Assembly (NCBI GenBank): GCA_944371315.1
Contig: CALVXN010000005.1
Span: forward strand, 1-44,672
Source of the DNA: an uncultured Bacilli bacterium
Lineage (GTDB): Bacteria; Bacillota_I; Bacilli_A; RF39; UBA660
Length of the DNA stretch: 44,672 bases
Reading direction: 5' to 3'
Shown one piece after another: positions 29,163 to 38,404 of this stretch. Under the pieces are notes generated by a model. That model had not been told where the DNA came from. It saw only the letters and a program-made list of their open reading frames with translations, and made no database searches. How positions within the stretch are numbered: position 1 is the first letter of the stretch; each line of letters opens with the position of its first letter. The position numbers and the translations under genes were made by a program.

Positions 29163-30030
29163 CTATGAATCCTTTTATTAATTCTATGGTTTTATCAGTC
29201 CATTTTTTATCAATTATGTTAGAAAAAAATCCATGAGTAGCATTTTTCAAATCATAGTTTCGGACACAAACTAAATGTCTTCTTAATTTTTTTGCAAATG
29301 CTATGCCCTCATCATGTAGTGGATCATTAGTTCCAGTTATTATTAAGGTTTTTGGTAATCCAAACAATCTTTTTGCATTCATTAAATTAACATATTGATT
29401 ATCTTTGCTTTCTTCATCAGGCAAATACATATTTGTCCAATTTTCCAAATATTTTCTAGTAAGAAAACCTTTATTATCATTATAAAAAAGTGATTTATAA
29501 ATAGATTTTTTGCTATAATCTGTTTGAGTAGTTGGATAAATCATAATTATTTTCCCCACTCTAAAAGTTTTATTATGTAATCCCATTAAACTTACAGACA
29601 TAGCTAAATTTGCTCCAGCTGAATCTCCCATTATTATTACATCTTTACTTTTTATATTTAATTTTTCTATATTTTCCATGATATTTTTAGTTACTATATA
29701 GCAATCATTTAAACCAGCAGGGAATGGATATTCTGGTGCTAATCGATAACCTATAGATATCACTTTTCTATTTAACTTTTCTGCTAATTTATAACAAATA
29801 TTACAATGTGTATCTAAATTTCCCGATACCCAACCTCCTCCATGAATATATATTAATATTTTAGATTTATTATTCGGATCAAAAATTCTTAATGTAATAT
29901 CATTTAATTTAATATCACTATATTTTGGACCTTTAATTATATTGGGACATAACAAATTTTGAATTAATCTATATAATTTTATATTTTTATCCAAAGGAAT
30001 TTTATCCACTATGTTCAAAATTATCACCAT
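29146..30030 (-). CDS. Alpha/beta hydrolase (HSL-family esterase)
   Basis: HGGGW, YRLAPE.PFPA, GDSAG, DPL.DE, HGF. Confidence 0.9.
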   Translation of the reverse strand: MVIILNIVDKIPLDKNIKLYRLIQNLLCPNIIKGPKYSDIKLNDITLRIFDPNNKSKILIYIHGGGWVSGNLDTHCNICYKLAEKLNRKVISIGYRLAPEYPFPAGLNDCYIVTKNIMENIEKLNIKSKDVIIMGDSAGANLAMSVSLMGLHNKTFRVGKIIMIYPTTQTDYSKKSIYKSLFYNDNKGFLTRKYLENWTNMYLPDEESKDNQYVNLMNAKRLFGLPKTLIITGTNDPLHDEGIAFAKKLRRHLVCVRNYDLKNATHGFFSNIIDKKWTDKTIELIKGFIGDKNE

Positions 30031-30071
30031 AATAAATATATCATGAAATAGTAAATTTTTAAACTTAAGAA

Positions 30072-30097
30072 AAAACTAAGTTTTTTTCCTTAGTTTT
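30072..30097 (-). terminator. Terminator after spoIVB
   Basis: aaaactaag/cttagtttt inverted repeat at the stop codon. Confidence 0.55.
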
Positions 30098-31067
30098 ATT
30101 TTTCTCCTTCTTCTAACATTGTTGTAATGAATATTCCATAGCCAGTTGTTGGATTATCAATTACTACATGAGTTACTGCACCGATTACTTTATTATTTTG
30201 TATTATTGGAGATCCGCTCATTCCTTGAACTACACCACCGGTTTTTTCTATTAATTTTTCATCATCAATACTAAATGATATATTTTTTATATTAGCATTT
30301 TCATTAATTGCTGTAATATTTATATTGTATTCATTAATAGCTTCACCATCTAATACAGTTTGTATTGTTGCTTTACCAATTTGGACTTCATCGGGATCTG
30401 CTACTTCTAATAATTCTTTGTTTGGAAATTCGTTTTCATATATTCCATATATTCCAACATTTGTATTTTTTAATATTTTTCCATAAGTCGTATCATAATA
30501 GAATTTTGCATTTTTACTACCTGGAATTCCATTAGAACTTTTTTCTATTCCAGTTATATAATTTCTAAATATTGTTCCACTTTTTATTTCTACAATACTA
30601 TTTGTGCTAGATTCAATTATTTCATGACCTAAAGCTCCAAATACTTTGGTTTCTGGGTCTATATATGAAAGTGTCCCAATACCTGTAATTGAATCTTTAA
30701 CATATAATCCAGTTTTATATACTCCATCATCTTTAATTAATTCAAGTTTGCTGGTATTTACTTTATTTTTTCTTCTATAGGTTACATTTACATATCCTTT
30801 ATCAACGTTTTCTTCAATAACTTTTGTTAAATCCTCTACGTTTTCGACATTTACTCCTTCAACTTCTATTATATAATCACCAGATTTTATTGTTGGTGTC
30901 CCCTTATTATACTTACCATTTATTTGATAAAATCCTATAACCATTATTCCATCGCTTTTTATTTCTATGCCTAATGTTTCTCCTCCTGGAATAATATAAT
31001 CTGAATATGCTAATACATTTATTGGTAATATTAACAAACTTAATAATAAAATTTTTAATTTCTTCAT
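30096..31067 (-). CDS. spoIVB: SpoIVB peptidase (S55) with PDZ domain
   Basis: IPGG..GI, GIGTL, FGALGH, TGG.VQGMSGSPIIQ, GAVTHV. Confidence 0.92.
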   Translation of the reverse strand: MKKLKILLLSLLILPINVLAYSDYIIPGGETLGIEIKSDGIMVIGFYQINGKYNKGTPTIKSGDYIIEVEGVNVENVEDLTKVIEENVDKGYVNVTYRRKNKVNTSKLELIKDDGVYKTGLYVKDSITGIGTLSYIDPETKVFGALGHEIIESSTNSIVEIKSGTIFRNYITGIEKSSNGIPGSKNAKFYYDTTYGKILKNTNVGIYGIYENEFPNKELLEVADPDEVQIGKATIQTVLDGEAINEYNINITAINENANIKNISFSIDDEKLIEKTGGVVQGMSGSPIIQNNKVIGAVTHVVIDNPTTGYGIFITTMLEEGEK

Positions 31068-31113
31068 TTAATCACCATCTATATTTATTATGGATTGTTA
31101 TAAATAAATTAAA

Positions 31114-31145
31114 TAACCAATAATTTACAATCCAATTATTGGTTA
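31114..31145 (-). terminator. Hairpin between proS and spoIVB
   Basis: Perfect 12-bp inverted repeat taaccaataatt/aattattggtta. Confidence 0.55.
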
Positions 31146-31241
31146 ATTCATTATTTTTCAGTTTCTTTTTTAATTAGATCTGAATCTTTCCATTAACAAA
31201 ATTTGCAAAATTATATTGCTAACTTTTAAATTAATATTTTT

Positions 31242-32651
31242 TTAGTATTGCTTACCTATATAAATTCTTGTTGTAGCTTTATTTTTGCAAACTACACAAG
31301 GCCCATTTACTTCTTCATCTTCAATTATACAACGTGACTTTAATGTTGTATCTTCTTTTATTTTATCTTCGCATTCTGTTTTACCACACCAGTTTATTTT
31401 TATAAAACCTGGTTTATTTTCAGCTATATCTTTAAGTTCATCATAGGTCATTGCTTCATAAATCATTGAATCACGACGATTTTTTGCTTTTTCAAACATA
31501 TCTTTTTGAATAGTTTCTAATAAATATTTAATTTTTTCTAATACTTCTTCATAGTTTACTACAATTTTTTCAAGTGTATCTCTTCTAACAAGAGTAACTT
31601 GGTTATTTTCTAAGTCTCTTTTCCCAAGTTCTATTCTAATTGGATATCCTTTTACCTCAGCATCAGCAAATTTAAACCCAGGAGTTTTGTTAGAATTATC
31701 TACTTTATATGTTATGTCGTTTTCTTTTAGTTTTTCTTCAAGTTCTTTCAATTTTTCTGAAACTTCTCCAATAGGGATGATAATTACTTTCCATGGTGCT
31801 ATTTTTGGTGGCAATACCAAACCGTTATTATCCCCGTGTGTCATAATAATTCCACCAATCATCCTAGTAGATACTCCCCAACTTGTTTGATATGGCACTT
31901 TTAATTTATTGTCTTGATCTGTAAATCTTATTCCAAAAGCATCTGCAAAATGATTACCAAAATAATGGCTTGTTCCATTTTGAAGAGCATATCCATCATA
32001 CATCATAGCTTCAATAGTATATGTTATTTCTGCACCTGCAAATTTTTCTTTTTCAGTCTTTTTACCTGTTATTACTGGCAATGCTAGATATTCTTCTTGA
32101 AACTTTTTATATATATTAAACATTTTTAAAGTTTCTTCTATTGCTTCTTCACTTGTTCTATGCATAGTGTGGCCTTCTTGCCATAAAATTTCTCTACTTC
32201 TTAAAAAAGGTCTTGTGGTTTTTTCCCATCTAACTATGGTGCACCATTGATTATATAATTTTGGTAAATCACGATACGTTTTTATAATTTTTTTGTAATG
32301 TTCACAAAATAGCACTTCACTTGTAGGGCGAACACACATTCTTTCTTCTAATTTTTCTTTTCCACCTTGCGTTACCCATGCTACTTCTGGGGCAAAACCT
32401 TCAACATGTTCTTTTTCAACATTTAATAAAGATTCTGGTATAAACATTGGCATTTGAACATTTTCATGACCTGTATCTTTAAACATTTTATCAAGAGCTT
32501 TTTGTATTTCTTCCCAAATTGCATATCCAAGTGGTCTTATAATCATACTACCTTTAACTGATGAATAGTCAATTAAATCAGCTTTCTTGCAAACATCAGT
32601 ATACCATTTAGCAAAATCATCATCACGATTTGTAATTTCTTTTACTTCCAT
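31242..32651 (-). CDS. proS: Proline--tRNA ligase (archaeal/eukaryote-like type, no INS editing domain)
   Basis: F..WY, HVEGF.PE, RPTSE, RWE..TRPFLR..E.LWQEGH, SWGVSTR. Confidence 0.96.
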   Translation of the reverse strand: MEVKEITNRDDDFAKWYTDVCKKADLIDYSSVKGSMIIRPLGYAIWEEIQKALDKMFKDTGHENVQMPMFIPESLLNVEKEHVEGFAPEVAWVTQGGKEKLEERMCVRPTSEVLFCEHYKKIIKTYRDLPKLYNQWCTIVRWEKTTRPFLRSREILWQEGHTMHRTSEEAIEETLKMFNIYKKFQEEYLALPVITGKKTEKEKFAGAEITYTIEAMMYDGYALQNGTSHYFGNHFADAFGIRFTDQDNKLKVPYQTSWGVSTRMIGGIIMTHGDNNGLVLPPKIAPWKVIIIPIGEVSEKLKELEEKLKENDITYKVDNSNKTPGFKFADAEVKGYPIRIELGKRDLENNQVTLVRRDTLEKIVVNYEEVLEKIKYLLETIQKDMFEKAKNRRDSMIYEAMTYDELKDIAENKPGFIKINWCGKTECEDKIKEDTTLKSRCIIEDEEVNGPCVVCKNKATTRIYIGKQY

Positions 32652-32668
32652 GTTTTCCTCCTTTATGT

Positions 32669-32887
32669 TTATTCAGCATTAAATTCTTTTAATTCGTTAT
32701 CTTCAGTTAATATCTTATTTACTTTTGCTGTTGCATCATTTAACTTTTCACTGCAAAATTTAGCTAATTTCATTGCTTCAGTATATTTATTAATAGCTTT
32801 ATCTAAATCTACATTTCCACTTTCTAATTCTTTTACTATTGTTTCGAGTTCTTGTAATGCACTTTCAAACGTTTTTTCTTTTTCCAT
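32669..32887 (-). CDS. xseB: Exodeoxyribonuclease VII small subunit
   Basis: FE.AL.ELE.IV..LE.G..L motif; follows xseA. Confidence 0.93.
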   Translation of the reverse strand: MEKEKTFESALQELETIVKELESGNVDLDKAINKYTEAMKLAKFCSEKLNDATAKVNKILTEDNELKEFNAE

Positions 32888-34158
32888 TATTTATCCTCCA
32901 TTATTTCTTTTACTTCTGCTTTTATTTTTCCTTTATGTAACTTTATATTTATATAATCATTTACTTTAGTATCATTACTATCTTTTATTATTTTTCCATT
33001 ACATTCAACTAATGAGTATCCTTTTTCAAGTATTCCTAATGGATTAACTAATTTTAATGTATTTATAAGCATTTCAAATTTTACTTTTTTGTCTTTAATT
33101 AATTCCATTGGATTTTTTAAAGTATATGACAACTTTATATTATTTAATAAATTTTCTTTATTAACAATTATACTTTTTATATCCTTATTTATATTTTCAA
33201 TTAATGCATCTAGTTTTTGTTCTTTAACTTCATACATGCTCATTGGATTTTTTAATATAAAACTTTGTTTTAAACTTCTTAATTTAATAAATTTTGTATT
33301 TACCATGTTTTTAATATTTCTATTAAGTCTTATTTTATAATTATCTAAAAGAGTGTTTATGTCTAATACTGTTGGAACCGCCATTTCTGCTGCTCCGGTT
33401 GGAGTTGGTGCTCTTAAATCTGCTACAAAATCTGCTATAGTCCAATCTATTTCATGCCCTACTGCACTTATAATTGGAGTTTTGCATTCATAAATAGCTT
33501 TTGCAACAATTTCTTCATTAAATGCCCATAAATCTTCAATTGAACCACCACCGCGACCAACAATAATTGTATCTACTCCATAAGCATCTGCTCTTTTTAT
33601 TTGACGAACTATATCAGGTGCTGCATCTTTACCTTGAACTAAACAAGGAAAAAGTATTGCTTCACATATTGGATATCTTCTTTTAATTGTGCTCATAATA
33701 TCTCTAACTGCTGCTCCGGTTGATGCTGTTATAACTCCTATTTTTTCAGGAAATTTAGGTATTGGCACTTTATGTTTTTCATCAAATAATCCCATCATTG
33801 CTAATTTCTTTTTTAACTTTTCATATTCTATATAAAGTGCTCCTAAACCATCAACTTCCATTTTATCAATATATATTTGATAAGATCCTTGTGCAGGATA
33901 TGCTGAAATTCTTCCACTTACCAAAACATTCATTCCATCTTCTGGAGTAAATGTTAGTTTTACTGCACTACTTTGAAACATAACTGCACTTATTCTTGAT
34001 GTATCATCTTTTAAAGTAAAATATAAATGTCCTCTCGTATGATTTTTAAAATTGCTTATTTCTCCTTTTAAATAAACTCTATTTAAAAATATATCCCCAT
34101 CTAATAAATTTTTAATATAATTGTTTAATTCACTAATTTTTAAATATTCCTTGTCCAT
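32887..34158 (-). CDS. xseA: Exodeoxyribonuclease VII large subunit
   Basis: GEISN, GH.YF.LKD, RGGGS.EDLW.FN, SAVGHE.D, APTPT.AAE. Confidence 0.96.
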   Translation of the reverse strand: MDKEYLKISELNNYIKNLLDGDIFLNRVYLKGEISNFKNHTRGHLYFTLKDDTSRISAVMFQSSAVKLTFTPEDGMNVLVSGRISAYPAQGSYQIYIDKMEVDGLGALYIEYEKLKKKLAMMGLFDEKHKVPIPKFPEKIGVITASTGAAVRDIMSTIKRRYPICEAILFPCLVQGKDAAPDIVRQIKRADAYGVDTIIVGRGGGSIEDLWAFNEEIVAKAIYECKTPIISAVGHEIDWTIADFVADLRAPTPTGAAEMAVPTVLDINTLLDNYKIRLNRNIKNMVNTKFIKLRSLKQSFILKNPMSMYEVKEQKLDALIENINKDIKSIIVNKENLLNNIKLSYTLKNPMELIKDKKVKFEMLINTLKLVNPLGILEKGYSLVECNGKIIKDSNDTKVNDYINIKLHKGKIKAEVKEIMEDK

Positions 34159-34919
34159 TATCTACCTCTTGATTTAATTAATGTTCCTATTAATTCGTAA
34201 TTTTTTTTATATAAATCAATAAATATTTTTGCGTGTAATTGATCATGACTTTTAATAATTTCTTCTACCTCTAGCACAGAACATTTATTATACATATCAA
34301 TAAAAAGGTTAATAAATTCTTGTGATGATACATCTAAAAAATATGAAAGTTCTTCTAAATTATATTTTAAATATCTTTCACATTTTCGATATTTTTCTTC
34401 ATCAAAGCTAAAAGATTCTTCTCCTCTTGAGTATTTAGCTGTCAAAGTCACCTCAAGAGTATCAAAAGCAAATTCATTATCAAGCATTACTACTTCAACT
34501 TTTTCTTTAGCTTGTAATAAACCAATATTTCCAAAATGCCTATCACTATTTAAAAATAATATGTCAAATAAATATATTTTTACTATATCATACATTAATT
34601 TATCAGCATTTAAAAAATTTTTTTCTAGCGCTATCCAGCAATCTATTAAACTTAATTTATTTGGCATAAATACATCAATTGGGATAAGTCTTCCTTGTTC
34701 ATTTAAATCTTCACTTAAATAGTAAAATACTCCATCAATATTAACCGATTCATATTTAGCACATTTAATATTAAACAAGTTCGCTAAATCTTGGGCAATT
34801 AATTCTGTTGTTTCATAGTTATTTGTAGCTTCTTTTACATAATATTTTTTACCATTTAAAATAACAAATTTATTGATACTCTCTTGTATTGCCTTTTTAT
34901 CCTGTTCTGTTAATACCAT
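34158..34919 (-). CDS. HipA/CtkA-like (PI3K-like fold) kinase
   Basis: YYVK, ELIA...A, FD....N.DRH..N and LDNEFAF motifs. Confidence 0.7.
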   Translation of the reverse strand: MVLTEQDKKAIQESINKFVILNGKKYYVKEATNNYETTELIAQDLANLFNIKCAKYESVNIDGVFYYLSEDLNEQGRLIPIDVFMPNKLSLIDCWIALEKNFLNADKLMYDIVKIYLFDILFLNSDRHFGNIGLLQAKEKVEVVMLDNEFAFDTLEVTLTAKYSRGEESFSFDEEKYRKCERYLKYNLEELSYFLDVSSQEFINLFIDMYNKCSVLEVEEIIKSHDQLHAKIFIDLYKKNYELIGTLIKSRGR

Positions 34920-34921
34920 TG

Positions 34922-35317
34922 TTAACCCTTTATATATTTATCTAATACTGCATTAATAATTTTTCTAACAGATTCATCACTATATTTTTTAGATAGTTCA
35001 ATTGCTTCATTGATTACTACTATTTCTGGAGTATCCATATATTTTAATTCATATAAAGCCATTCTAAGTATTGCGGCACCTGATTTATCAATTCTATCAA
35101 TTGTCCAATCTTTCATTAAAGTATTTGCTAAATTATCTAATTCTGTTTTATATGTAATTACTCCATAAACGATATCTTTAACAAATTCATTACTAATGTC
35201 TAAATTTTCTTTTATTATTTCATCTACTTCGTACGGGACTTTTCTTTCTTCAAATATATCTATTTGATATAATATTACCATTATTTTTTCTCTAAGTTCA
35301 CTTCTTGTTTTTCCCAT
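34922..35317 (-). CDS. nusB: Transcription antitermination factor NusB
   Basis: R..RE....LYQ, W...R, ILR.A.YE, INEAIEL.K, INAVLD. Confidence 0.93.
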   Translation of the reverse strand: MGKTRSELREKIMVILYQIDIFEERKVPYEVDEIIKENLDISNEFVKDIVYGVITYKTELDNLANTLMKDWTIDRIDKSGAAILRMALYELKYMDTPEIVVINEAIELSKKYSDESVRKIINAVLDKYIKG

Positions 35318-35375
35318 AAAAATTGCTCCTAACTACTAAATTATAACAAAATAATCAGGAAATTAATAGTTATTT

Positions 35376-35726
35376 TTAAAGTATAAATACAATTATAAAG
35401 AAATAAATTAATATTAATAGCGTAGGTATTAACAATAAATATGATTTTTTATATTTATCCCATAATTTAATTTTAGTAAAATTAATTATAATGACGATAA
35501 TAATTAATGAAATTACACCAATTAAAAAAGCTGATAACATAATTTTAAATTCTTTATCACTTAATATAAATAATAAAGGGAATAAAAACGGTATAAATAT
35601 AGTTGCTCCAATAACTGGTTGATATTTTGGCCTTTTACCAAATTTAAAACCCATTTTACTTTGTATTTTTAATGCTATTATGAAATATAAAAATAAAAAT
35701 ATAATAAAAAAAATAAAATGTTTCAT
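35376..35726 (-). CDS. Hypothetical membrane protein (about 4 TM)
   Basis: Hydrophobic ORF with SD AAAGGAG. Confidence 0.7.
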   Translation of the reverse strand: MKHFIFFIIFLFLYFIIALKIQSKMGFKFGKRPKYQPVIGATIFIPFLFPLLFILSDKEFKIMLSAFLIGVISLIIIVIIINFTKIKLWDKYKKSYLLLIPTLLILIYFFIIVFIL

Positions 35727-35772
35727 AAAACTCCTTTCTATAATGATATCATAAATTAATTATTTTTCATAA

Positions 35773-36288
35773 TTAATTTAAAATTGTTCCTTCAACTACT
35801 AATTGATAACCCTCTATTATTTGATCACACGTAGTTAAGTATATTTTATTTTCTTCATTTGTAATTTCTATATCTCCACTTTTTTTAACTCTATTTATTT
35901 TTGCAACTTTGTATTTATTTGTTGTATTTTTAATTTTCAAATATATTATATCATTTTCTTTAAGTTTATCTAAGTCATTAAAGTAAGCTATTTTTCCAAT
36001 TCCAGAATGAGCTGCAAATAAGTAACTATTTTTTACTGGTATTTTTATTAATTCTATATTTTTAGAAACATCATTTAAAGGATTATCATAATCATAAAAT
36101 CCTAAATTTATATTAATACTAGGAATAATCAAATAACCATAATATTCTTCTTTTTGATAAGTATTATAATTATTTAATAGTTTTGTTTCTATTTTTTTAA
36201 AATTTATATTTTTACTATTAATTAACACAATGATTATTGCTAATACTATTAAAATTATAAAAATTTTTTTCTTCATAATATAATTCAC
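35773..36288 (-). CDS. Sortase
   Basis: N-terminal TM, L.IP.I, AAHSG, F..L..L, YLTTC catalytic motif. Confidence 0.85.
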   Translation of the reverse strand: MNYIMKKKIFIILIVLAIIIVLINSKNINFKKIETKLLNNYNTYQKEEYYGYLIIPSININLGFYDYDNPLNDVSKNIELIKIPVKNSYLFAAHSGIGKIAYFNDLDKLKENDIIYLKIKNTTNKYKVAKINRVKKSGDIEITNEENKIYLTTCDQIIEGYQLVVEGTILN

Positions 36289-37762
36289 ATTCTATCTTTG
36301 CATCTATTCTGGTGTTTGGTATATTTATAATTATATTTTCAATATTTTGATTATTTTCTACTTTTTCTTCGTTTGAAACATTATTATCTTTTTCTTCATT
36401 TTCGTCATCTTCTAATACATAGAAAATGCCATAATTATTTATTTTTATTATATTATTTGTATCATTGAAATTTATAATCTTTTCTTCATTATTTATCTTA
36501 ATTTTATATTCTTTCATTTCTAATGGTTTTTCACTTAATATAAAATTTCCATCTTTAATAAGTGTTATACACTCTTCTTCACTACAAATACTGTTTATTT
36601 CATCATTTGTTATTAATCCATTTAATAAGTATCTATTAATTTCTATATCTGTATTGTCATATATTTCTAAATATTCTTTTTCTTTTGTTATATTGTCTTC
36701 AATAATATAAATTCCTGCTTTTAATTTTATATTACAATTATCATTACACTTAATCTCATTAATTTTATTAAATTTGCAATCATATATTGTTATATCTGTA
36801 AATGTATTTAGTTTATAATCTTTATCTTGATAATTAATTAAACTTGTTTTAATATTTACATTAAATTCTTTATATTCTTTATAAATATTAATATTATATA
36901 TTTCACTATTATCTAAAAAATACATGTCTTTACTATTTTCATATATACTATTTTCCGTTGTTTCCTTAATATATACATTAATTCCTTTTTCAAAATATAT
37001 TGTATTGTTATTATTATCTAAAATAAAATCTTCGATAAATTCATTATCTTCATTAAAAACTGAATATTTAAAATAATAATCTTCATTATTAGGCAAATAA
37101 AAATTAAATTTTATTTCATTAGCTAATATATTTACTTTTATTTGAAAGTTTTTATAATAAACATTGTTAGCATATACGTAATTGTCATAAATATTTAATG
37201 GCTTAGTTTTAAAATCTATATTGTAAGTTCCACCACCATTTAATAAAAATTCTACTTTATTTTCATAAATATTTGCACTTATATTTTCATTTATATAATA
37301 TCCTGTTAAACTATAATCTTTTGTTTCTAAAATTAATGGTTCTTTGTAATTAATTTCATATTCTTTATCAGCTATTGATGGCATTTTATCATATTTTTTT
37401 AGTTCTTCTTTTATGTAATTTAATTCATTTGTAATATCAATTTGATTATTGTTTTTTGTAATATTAAAAGTCATTGTTGGATTTGTTTCTTCCCATATTA
37501 GTTTTTGTATAACTGCATTGATTAATGTATCATTTGCTAAATTAGAAATGTAAGCTAAATTGTTTATTTTTGTTTCATCTAATATATTTATATTATCATA
37601 AGGGCTTAGTAAAAAGGCATATTTTCCCATTAATTTTTTATCTTTATATGGTATATTTGTTATATTTTCTCCATCATTTACCATAATATAATATTCTTCA
37701 CTTGCCTTAACTGAAATAATTAATGCTAAGAATATAAAACTCATAAAAAATATTTTTTTCAT
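36218..37762 (-). CDS. Secreted surface protein, probable sortase substrate
   Basis: Signal peptide ending VKA; IQKLIWE resembles the TQxxIW motif; C-terminal IPNT; overlaps the sortase gene. Confidence 0.6.
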   Translation of the reverse strand: MKKIFFMSFIFLALIISVKASEEYYIMVNDGENITNIPYKDKKLMGKYAFLLSPYDNINILDETKINNLAYISNLANDTLINAVIQKLIWEETNPTMTFNITKNNNQIDITNELNYIKEELKKYDKMPSIADKEYEINYKEPLILETKDYSLTGYYINENISANIYENKVEFLLNGGGTYNIDFKTKPLNIYDNYVYANNVYYKNFQIKVNILANEIKFNFYLPNNEDYYFKYSVFNEDNEFIEDFILDNNNNTIYFEKGINVYIKETTENSIYENSKDMYFLDNSEIYNINIYKEYKEFNVNIKTSLINYQDKDYKLNTFTDITIYDCKFNKINEIKCNDNCNIKLKAGIYIIEDNITKEKEYLEIYDNTDIEINRYLLNGLITNDEINSICSEEECITLIKDGNFILSEKPLEMKEYKIKINNEEKIINFNDTNNIIKINNYGIFYVLEDDENEEKDNNVSNEEKVENNQNIENIIINIPNTRIDAKIECELYYEEKNFYNFNSISNNHCVN

Positions 37763-37843
37763 ATATAATCACTCCATGGTTTTATATCCTAGCAAATGTA
37801 TTTTCATTTAGGAATAGGAGTTTTTGTCATAAAAAAAGAGATT

Positions 37844-38167
37844 TTAACCCTTTTTGTCTCTTTTTGTCTTATTTTTAATTCCATCGTATAAAAAGTATAA
37901 ACTTTGAACACCATTTTCTAGTCTAAAATAATGAATTATATAAAAAATAACAAATATTAATAAAATAAATGCAGGAATGATAAAAATATATGATATAGAA
38001 ACTAATATTAAAAATATTAAAAACATTATTACATAAAATAAAGTTATAATTAAATGAATTAATCTTTCATGTTGAAAAAAATTAATTTTAATTAACATAT
38101 CTTCTAAATCAATTTCATTTTTATTATTTATTACATAATTAATATATTCATATAAATATTTTTTCAT
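37844..38167 (-). CDS. Hypothetical 2-TM membrane protein
   Basis: FFQHERLIHL, two hydrophobic helices, HYF.LEN.VQ. Confidence 0.7.
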   Translation of the reverse strand: MKKYLYEYINYVINNKNEIDLEDMLIKINFFQHERLIHLIITLFYVIMFLIFLILVSISYIFIIPAFILLIFVIFYIIHYFRLENGVQSLYFLYDGIKNKTKRDKKG

Positions 38168-38247
38168 ATTTTCTCTTTCCTATATCGTTTCGTTAAATAG
38201 TATCTTCTATTTAATTAGATTATAACATTTATTTATTTTTTTACAAT

Positions 38248-38276
38248 AAAAAAATGTCCTATTATTAAGTGACATT
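38248..38276 (-). terminator. Terminator after the 34-aa ORF
   Basis: aatgtc/gacatt stem followed by a T-run on the minus strand. Confidence 0.5.
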
Positions 38277-38379
38277 ATTTATTTTTTTTATTTTTATTTA
38301 TTAATCTTACCTTTACACCTTTATATCTTGCAAATTGTTTTTTTACACCTTCAGGTAAGTTCTTTTTAAATGTTTTCAC
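38275..38379 (-). CDS. Unannotated small basic protein, 34 aa (MKTFKKNLPEGVKKQFARYKGVKVRLINKNKKNK)
   Basis: SD GAGGTG 5 nt before GTG; extended -10 TGcTATAAT at 38404-38412; own terminator. Confidence 0.6.
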   Translation of the reverse strand: MKTFKKNLPEGVKKQFARYKGVKVRLINKNKKNK

Positions 38380-38404
38380 ACTCACACCTCACTTCGCAAA
38401 CATA

